Below are positions 57,963 to 64,000 of a stretch of 64,000 nt of DNA, one piece after another. This stretch comes from an uncultured Oscillospiraceae bacterium (GTDB taxonomy: Bacteria > Bacillota > Clostridia > Oscillospirales > Oscillospiraceae): contig CATZRD010000006.1 in assembly GCA_958423465.1 (NCBI GenBank), positions 21,712 through 85,711 on the forward strand. Reading direction: 5' to 3'. The translations under genes were made by a program, and so were the position numbers. Position 1 is the stretch's first letter. Every line of letters starts with the position of its first letter. The notes under the pieces are model-generated. The model ran no database searches. It saw only the letters and a list, made by a program, of their open reading frames with translations, and was not told where the DNA came from.

Positions 57963-60230
57963 TTACGCGGCCTTGGTCTCAGTCTCCACAGGAGTCTCAG
58001 TTTCGGCGGGAGCCTCGGTCTCAGCCTCCTGAACGGGGGCCTCGGCGGCGGCCTCAGCGAAGCGCTCCAGGATGGTGATCACCTGGTCGCGGGTGAGAGT
58101 GCCCAGAGGAGCGAAGGTGGTCTCGGCAGTGCCGGTCATCAGCTTCTTGCTGACAGCCCACTGCACGGCCTCGCCGGCGTAAGCGCCGATGGAGGCGGCG
58201 TCGGTGTAGGCGCTGAGATCGCACTCCACAGCCTCGGCCTTGGCGTAACGGAACAGGATGGTAGCCATATCCTGACGGGTCAGGGAAGCGTCGGGCTGGA
58301 AGGTGCCGTCGGGATAGCCCTTGATGACCTCGTTCTGGCTGGCCCAGATCACGGCGCTGGCGCAGGCGGCGTCGGCGGCCACGTCAGAGAAGGGGGCCTC
58401 GCCGGTGACCTCGGGAGAACCGGCCAGCTCGTACAGGGCCACAGCCAGCTCGCCGCGGGTAGCCACGGTGGTGTCGGCGACCTTGACGGTGATGCGGCCG
58501 GCGGGCTCGCCGTACTGCTCGGCGGTGACCTTGCCCTCCAGGACGGTGGTGATGTACTCCATCACGACCTCATCCATGGGGAAGCCCAGGTCATAGTTGG
58601 CGGTGGCGGTGGTGAAGGCGAAGTAGGTGTCGCCGCCGGCGGCCATAAAGTCGTTGGTGGCGATGGTGTAGGTAGCCTCGGGATCAAAGTCCTTGCCGCC
58701 GACCTTGGCGATGGTCACGCGGTTGATGGTCTTGGGCGCGAAGTAGGTGGTAGAGCCGTAAGCCTCGCCCTGGTCATAGGCCTTGGTGGTGTCGATGGTG
58801 AACTCAATACCGGACACCTGGGGGAAGCCGCCGATGGCGTCGGGGGTGCAGAAGGTGGAAGCCTCCAGGACCTCCAGCAGCTCGCTGCCCTTGATCTTGA
58901 TGATGTTCAGGGTGTTGCCGAAGGGCAGAACGGTGTTGACGTCCTTCTTGGTGATGTCGCCCACGGCGATGGCGGCGCGGATGCCGCCGCCGTTGGTGAT
59001 GGCGCCGTCAACAGCCTCGCCCTCCTGGGTGGCCTTCCAGACCAGAGCGTCGGTGATCAGGTCGCCCAGATTGGTCTCCTGGGTGCGGTTGCCGGGGGCC
59101 TTGGCGCCGTTCAGCTCCACCTCGGAGGCGGCGAACACGGTGCCGTAATCGGCGTCGATCTCCGCCTGGATCGCGGCGGCCCGGGCGGCGATGGCGTCGC
59201 CCTCAGCGACCTCGATGGTGTCGGCGGCCACGCACTCGGTGGTGATGACGCCGTCCTTGATGGTGACCACGCCCACGTTGGCGATCTTGGTGCCGGTGGA
59301 GGTCAGAACGGTCTCGCCCACGGTGCGGTTTTCGCTGGTGGCTTCAGCAATGGCCGCCAGTTCACTGTGGGAGTGACCGTCGATGAACACGCTGATGCCG
59401 GTGACCTTCTCCAGCAGATCGATGGAGCGGTTGGCGGTAGCGGCGGTCTCCTTGTCAATGCCCAGGTGGCCCAGAGCGATGACGTAGGTGCAGCCGGCGG
59501 CCTTCAGGGCGTCCACCTGAGCCTGGGCGATCTTGTACATCTCCTCGCCGCCGGCGAAGGACACGCCCTTGATCTTGGCGGGGTTAGCCTTGGAAGCGGT
59601 CTCGGGGGTATCCAGACCGAACACGCCGATCTTGGTGCCGTCAGGAGCCTCGAAGGTGACGTTGTCACCGAAGGCCAGTTTGCCCTCATAGGTGATGTTG
59701 GCGGCCAGGATGGGGAACTCAGCGGCCCCGGCCAGCTTGGTCAGGTTCTCATAGCCATAGTCAAACTCATGGTTGCCGGGAGCGGCCACATCGTAGCCGG
59801 CCATGTTCATCAGCTCGATGGCGGAAGCGCCCTGAGAGACATTCACAGAGGGAGCTCCCTGGCTGAAGTCACCGGCGTCCATCAGCAGGACGTAGGCGCC
59901 CTCGGCCTCGTACTTGGCCTTCAGCGCGGCGACCTTGGCGTAGTTCTCAGTAGCGCCGTGGACGTCGTTGGTGTGCAGGATCACGATGGCGCCGTTAAAG
60001 GCGGGAGTCTCGCTGGCAGAGGGCTCCTCGCCCTCAGCGGGGGTCTCGCCCTCGGCGGGAGCCGCCGTCTCGCCCTCAGCGGGGGTCTCGGCGTCGGTCT
60101 TGGTTTCCTCCGTGGCGGTGGGTTGGCCCTCCGCCGCGGCGTCCTCGCCCTCCGCGAAGGCGACGACCGTGGTGCCGAAGGCCATGATCATTGCCAGCAG
60201 AAGAGCGAGAAGCTTGTTCCACTTTTTCAT
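57963..60230 (-). CDS. bifunctional metallophosphatase/5'-nucleotidase with C-terminal SLH (S-layer homology) repeats
   Basis: Signal peptide, metallophosphatase motifs (HTNDVHG, GNHEFD), 5'-nucleotidase C domain, three SLH-like repeats. Confidence 0.8.
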   Translation of the reverse strand: MKKWNKLLALLLAMIMAFGTTVVAFAEGEDAAAEGQPTATEETKTDAETPAEGETAAPAEGETPAEGEEPSASETPAFNGAIVILHTNDVHGATENYAKVAALKAKYEAEGAYVLLMDAGDFSQGAPSVNVSQGASAIELMNMAGYDVAAPGNHEFDYGYENLTKLAGAAEFPILAANITYEGKLAFGDNVTFEAPDGTKIGVFGLDTPETASKANPAKIKGVSFAGGEEMYKIAQAQVDALKAAGCTYVIALGHLGIDKETAATANRSIDLLEKVTGISVFIDGHSHSELAAIAEATSENRTVGETVLTSTGTKIANVGVVTIKDGVITTECVAADTIEVAEGDAIAARAAAIQAEIDADYGTVFAASEVELNGAKAPGNRTQETNLGDLITDALVWKATQEGEAVDGAITNGGGIRAAIAVGDITKKDVNTVLPFGNTLNIIKIKGSELLEVLEASTFCTPDAIGGFPQVSGIEFTIDTTKAYDQGEAYGSTTYFAPKTINRVTIAKVGGKDFDPEATYTIATNDFMAAGGDTYFAFTTATANYDLGFPMDEVVMEYITTVLEGKVTAEQYGEPAGRITVKVADTTVATRGELAVALYELAGSPEVTGEAPFSDVAADAACASAVIWASQNEVIKGYPDGTFQPDASLTRQDMATILFRYAKAEAVECDLSAYTDAASIGAYAGEAVQWAVSKKLMTGTAETTFAPLGTLTRDQVITILERFAEAAAEAPVQEAETEAPAETETPVETETKAA

Positions 60231-60524
60231 AACAGTTCCTCCTACAAAATTTGACGGGCTGGGCCAGCCGGGCGCAAAAGCCCCCGCCCGGACAGTGGGG
60301 TGCCCAACTGTCCGTCTGATGGTAGGTATTATACTCCATCCCGGTGGATTTGACTAGGGGGTATTTCCAAAAAAACGCATTTTTCCCACGGCTCGGCGAA
60401 CGTATCCGCGGGGCGGGGGCAGAACGGGCAAAATTTGCCGTTCCACTGGAAAATTTCGGACCGGCATGGTATACTGATGGCAAAGCTGAACCAGATGACC
60501 ACCATGTGAAAAGGAGGATGTCCC

Positions 60525-61901
60525 ATGAAGACACTGCTGAAGGGCGGCCGCGTGGCGTCCGGCGGAGGGGTCCGCCGGCTGGACGTGCTGCTGGAGGGGG
60601 AGACCGTGGCCCAGGTGGGGGAGGCGCTCCCTGACGCCGGCGCCCGGGTGGTCGACTGCCGGGGAAAGATCCTGTTTCCCGGCTTTATCGACGGCCACAC
60701 CCACTTTGACCTGCCGGTGGCGGGCACCGTCACCGCCGACGATTTCGCCACCGGGAGCCGGGCGGCGCTCCGGGGAGGCACCACCATGGTGGTGGACTAC
60801 GCCACGCCCAACAAGGGGGAGACCCTGGCCTTCGGCCTGGCGGAGTGGAAAAAGAAGGCGGCGGGCCGATGCGTCTGCGACTACAGCTTCCATATGACCA
60901 TCGACGACTGGAGCCGGGATATCTCCCGGGAGATGGGGGAGATGATGGACCAGGGGATCTCCACCTTTAAGATGTACATGACCTACCCCGCCATGATGAT
61001 CGGGGAGGGCCAGATGTTCCAGGCCCTTCAGCGGCTGCGGGAGCTGGGCGGCCTCAGCGGCGTCCACTGCGAGAACAGCGGCGTCATCGACGAGCTGGTC
61101 CGCCAGGCCAGGGCGGCGGGGAGAACGGGACCTTCCTCCCATCCCCGCACCCGGCCCGCCCCTCTGGAGGCGGAGGCGGTGAGCCATCTGCTGCGCATGG
61201 CCCAGATCGCGGACGTGCCGGTGATCGTGGTCCATCTCTCCACCCGGGAGGCCCTGGAGGAGGTCCGTGCCGCCAGGAGGCGTGGCCAGACCGTGTATGT
61301 GGAGACCTGCCCCCAGTATCTGCTGCTGGAGGACAGCGTCTACGACGCGCCGGAGTATCTGGAAGCGGCGAAGTTCGTCTGCGCGCCGCCTCTCCGCAAG
61401 GCGGAGGACCGGGAGGCCCTGTGGGCGGCCCTGCGGGATGGGGAGATCCAGACCGTGGCCACGGACCACTGCTCCTTCACCCTGGATCAGAAGCTGGCGG
61501 GGAAGGATGATTTCACCAGGATCCCCGGCGGCCTGCCGGGAGTGGAGGATCGGGGAACGCTGCTGTGGTCCGCCGGCGTGGCGGCGGGCCGAATCAGCGA
61601 AGCGGATATGTGCCGGGTCCTCTGCGAGAACCCCGCCAGGCTCTACGGCTGCTGGCCCCGGAAGGGCGTCATCGCCCCAGGCAGCGACGCCGACATCGTG
61701 GTGCTGGACCCGGCGGCGGAGAGCGTCCTCACCGCGGCGGACCATGTGCAGAACGTGGACTATACCCCCTACGAGGGGACGCCCCTCTGCGGCGGCATTG
61801 CCCAGGTCTACCTCCGGGGCCGCCTGGCGGTGGACGGAGGACGTCTCATGGAGGAGCTGCCCGCCGGCGCCTTCATTCCCCGGGGGAAATGCCAGCTTTG
61901 A
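60525..61901 (+). CDS. dihydropyrimidinase / D-hydantoinase (cyclic amidohydrolase)
   Basis: Metal-binding GFIDGHTHFD and carbamylated-Lys region of the DHPase/hydantoinase family. Confidence 0.8.
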   Translation: MKTLLKGGRVASGGGVRRLDVLLEGETVAQVGEALPDAGARVVDCRGKILFPGFIDGHTHFDLPVAGTVTADDFATGSRAALRGGTTMVVDYATPNKGETLAFGLAEWKKKAAGRCVCDYSFHMTIDDWSRDISREMGEMMDQGISTFKMYMTYPAMMIGEGQMFQALQRLRELGGLSGVHCENSGVIDELVRQARAAGRTGPSSHPRTRPAPLEAEAVSHLLRMAQIADVPVIVVHLSTREALEEVRAARRRGQTVYVETCPQYLLLEDSVYDAPEYLEAAKFVCAPPLRKAEDREALWAALRDGEIQTVATDHCSFTLDQKLAGKDDFTRIPGGLPGVEDRGTLLWSAGVAAGRISEADMCRVLCENPARLYGCWPRKGVIAPGSDADIVVLDPAAESVLTAADHVQNVDYTPYEGTPLCGGIAQVYLRGRLAVDGGRLMEELPAGAFIPRGKCQL

Positions 61902-61915
61902 GCCGGCTGGGAGAG

Positions 61916-61961
61916 AATCATGCGCTGTGGCCTGCCGGGAGGCAGGCCACAGCGCATGATT
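61916..61961 (+). terminator. perfect 21-bp stem-loop (GGGA tetraloop) after hydantoinase gene
   Basis: AATCATGCGCTGTGGCCTGCC / GGCAGGCCACAGCGCATGATT; T-poor tail (TTGCATGGTTTT). Confidence 0.5.
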
Positions 61962-62080
61962 TGCATGGTTTTCAACAGCCACAGCGTTTTACAATGTGAA
62001 AATTTGCGATATACTGGTAACAGTTCAAACCCGGCCCGCCGGCGCGCGTTTTACGGGCGGATCGGGAGAAGGGAGGGGCC

Positions 62081-62920
62081 ATGCGGTTTGCCAAAATGAA
62101 CGGCGCGGGCAACGACTTCATCATCCTCAACAATATGGAGGAGCGGATCGACCACAGCCGCTTCCCGGAGCTGGCCAGGACACTGTGCCACAGGCGGCTC
62201 AGCATCGGGGCCGACGGACTGATGGCGGTGGAGCGGCCCCGGCAGGGGGGCGACTACCGGATGCTCTTCTATAACGCCGACGGCTCCGCCGGAGAGATGT
62301 GCGGCAACGGCGCCCGGTGCGTCTGCCGCTACGGCTTTGAAAAGGGCCTGGCGGGGGAGGAGCAGACCGTGGAGACGCCCTCCGGGATCGTCACCGGCCG
62401 CCGGATCGACCGGCGGAATTACCGGATCCGCCTGACGGACCCCAGCGTGATCCGTCTGGACTACCCGGTGGAGGCCCTGGGCCGGAGCCTGGAGTGCTCC
62501 TATGTGGAGCTGGGCGTGCCGGGCCTGCCCCACGCGGCGGTGCCCTGTCCCGGCCTGGGGGAGATGACAGCGGACCAGCTGCGGGAGCTGGGGCGGACCC
62601 TGCGCTGGCACCCCGCCTTCCCCAAGGGGGCCAACGTCAACTTTTACGATATCACCGGCCCGGACCGGCTGGTGGAGCTGACGTACGAGCGGGGAGTGGA
62701 GGATTTCACCTATGCCTGCGGCACCGGCACCGGCTCCGTGGTGCTGGTCCTGACCCTCATGGGCAAGGTCAGCGGCCGGGACGTGGCCGTGTCCGTCCCC
62801 GGCGGGACGCTGCGGGTGAGCGTGGACCGGGAGGGGGAGGCCGTCAAGGCCCTCTGGCTCACGGGACCCACCAACTTCGTCTGCGAGGGCGAGATTTTGG
62901 ACGAGAGCCTGGGGCTGTGA
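62081..62920 (+). CDS. dapF: diaminopimelate epimerase
   Basis: MNGAGNDFII N-terminus and catalytic Cys motifs (GEMCGNG, ACGTGTGS). Confidence 0.9.
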   Translation: MRFAKMNGAGNDFIILNNMEERIDHSRFPELARTLCHRRLSIGADGLMAVERPRQGGDYRMLFYNADGSAGEMCGNGARCVCRYGFEKGLAGEEQTVETPSGIVTGRRIDRRNYRIRLTDPSVIRLDYPVEALGRSLECSYVELGVPGLPHAAVPCPGLGEMTADQLRELGRTLRWHPAFPKGANVNFYDITGPDRLVELTYERGVEDFTYACGTGTGSVVLVLTLMGKVSGRDVAVSVPGGTLRVSVDREGEAVKALWLTGPTNFVCEGEILDESLGL

Positions 62921-62986
62921 CAGACCCAAACCAATCCGTAAAATCGGCCCTAAGGGGCCTACAGAAATTTCAGGAGGAGCGAGCGT

Positions 62987-64000
62987 ATGAACAACAAACT
63001 GGATAAGAAATCGGTGGTAAAGAACTACCGGTTCCTGGCCATCATGCTGGGAGCCATGATCCTGGGCGCTGTGGTGGGCTGGATCTTCCCCAATGTGCGG
63101 GACGCGGAGGGGAACGTGGTGGAGGCCGGGGCCAGCGTGCTCAAGCCTCTGGGCACCGTGTTCATCAACATGATGTTCTGTATCGTGGTGCCTCTGGTGT
63201 TCGCCTCCATCTCCGGCGCCGTGGCTGGGATGAAGAGCCGCAAGCGGGCGGGCAAGATCATGGGCGTCACCGTGCTGACCTTTGTGGTCACCGGCGCTAT
63301 CGCCGCGGTGATCATGTTCGTGCTGATGAAGCTCATTCCCCCTGTTCTGGCCCCCTGGGCGGAGATCCCCCATGAGGAGATGGGCGAATACGCCAGCATG
63401 AGCGATCTGATCGTCAACTTCTTCACCGCCAGCGACTTTGTGGGGCTTTTGAGCCGGAAGGCCATGCTGCCTCTGATCGTGTTCTCCCTGCTCTTCGGCT
63501 TTGCCGTGAACCTGAACGGCGGCAGCGAGACCCCCGTGGGCAAGTGGCTGGAGGACCTCACCAATGTGATGCTGAAGTTCGTGAAGATCGTCACCTATTA
63601 CGCGCCCATCGCTTTCTTCGCCATCTTCGCCGATCTGGTGGCCAACTACGGCTCCCAGGTCATCGAGAACTATGGCCGGGCGCTGCTGGTGTACTATCCC
63701 CTGTGCTTCGTCTACATCTTTACCGCGTGGCCCCTCTTCGCCCGGTTCGGCGGCGGTAAGCAGGGTCCCAGGACCATGTTCCGCCATATCACCAAACCCG
63801 CCGTGGTCTCCCTGGGCACCTGCTCCTCCGTGGCCACTATCCCCACCAACATGGAGGAGGCCGCCGATACCGGCATCTCCAAGGACGTCAGCGACATGGT
63901 GCTGCCCCTGGGCGCTACCATGCACATGGACGGCTCCTGCTTCAGCTGCGTGCTGAAGATCGCCTTCGTGCTGGGTGTGTTCGGCCAGGAGTTCAGCTTC
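62987..64000 (+). CDS. dicarboxylate/amino acid:cation symporter (DAACS family), partial (runs off window end)
   Basis: Continuous frame from ATG 62987 (AGGAGGAG RBS) to window end; family motif VLPLGATMHMDGS. Confidence 0.8.
   Translation, partial: MNNKLDKKSVVKNYRFLAIMLGAMILGAVVGWIFPNVRDAEGNVVEAGASVLKPLGTVFINMMFCIVVPLVFASISGAVAGMKSRKRAGKIMGVTVLTFVVTGAIAAVIMFVLMKLIPPVLAPWAEIPHEEMGEYASMSDLIVNFFTASDFVGLLSRKAMLPLIVFSLLFGFAVNLNGGSETPVGKWLEDLTNVMLKFVKIVTYYAPIAFFAIFADLVANYGSQVIENYGRALLVYYPLCFVYIFTAWPLFARFGGGKQGPRTMFRHITKPAVVSLGTCSSVATIPTNMEEAADTGISKDVSDMVLPLGATMHMDGSCFSCVLKIAFVLGVFGQEFSF

Noticed and set aside
59990-60130. Repetitive GGGGTCTCGCCCTC... tracts
   Set aside because: Encode a low-complexity E/G/T/P/A linker after the signal peptide of the nucleotidase; not CRISPR or a mobile repeat
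62051-63925. 624-aa ORF antisense to dapF and the DAACS symporter
   Set aside because: Antisense to two clear genes; His/Gly/Asp-rich junk translation
1-64000. rRNA, tRNA, CRISPR arrays, prophage or defence-system genes
   Set aside because: No tRNA-like cloverleaf signatures, no repeat-spacer arrays and no restriction/Cas/abortive-infection-like proteins were found by eye

Overview
High-GC (~63-65%) Firmicutes/Clostridia chromosomal window from a spore-former, probably Oscillospiraceae-like; this taxonomic call is inference from gene content and composition. Left to right: a YtvI-like permease; the ACT-hom-lysC operon; a sporulation morphogenesis locus (small membrane ORF, a 24-aa SpoVM homologue, a SipL-like DUF3794/LysM protein, spoIVA); an aminotransferase; an anaerobic glycerol-3-phosphate-dehydrogenase-like operon (GlpA-like, GlpB-like, DUF1667) with an attenuator-like leader, next to an ECF sigma/anti-sigma pair; the housekeeping run lepB-rbgA-rnhB-yraN-thrC and tig-clpP-clpX-lon-engB; pyrH-frr-uppS-cdsA-dxr-rseP-ispG-polC; a maltodextrin-type operon (malQ, LacI, two permeases, and a substrate-binding-protein gene disrupted by a 32-bp tandem duplication) with tandem GAAACGTTTC operators; potABCD; an uncharacterised radical-SAM DNA modification/repair pair split by an NTF2-like gene; TetR-flavodoxin, DegV, MarR, CPA antiporter, a GntR-membrane protein pair and a PTS-EIIC-like gene; a low-GC IS200 (TnpA-only) insertion; an SLH-anchored 5'-nucleotidase; a lone dihydropyrimidinase; dapF; and a partial DAACS symporter. 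I found no rRNA, tRNA or CRISPR. Many long ORFs in the supplied track are off-frame or antisense artefacts of the high GC and were rejected.
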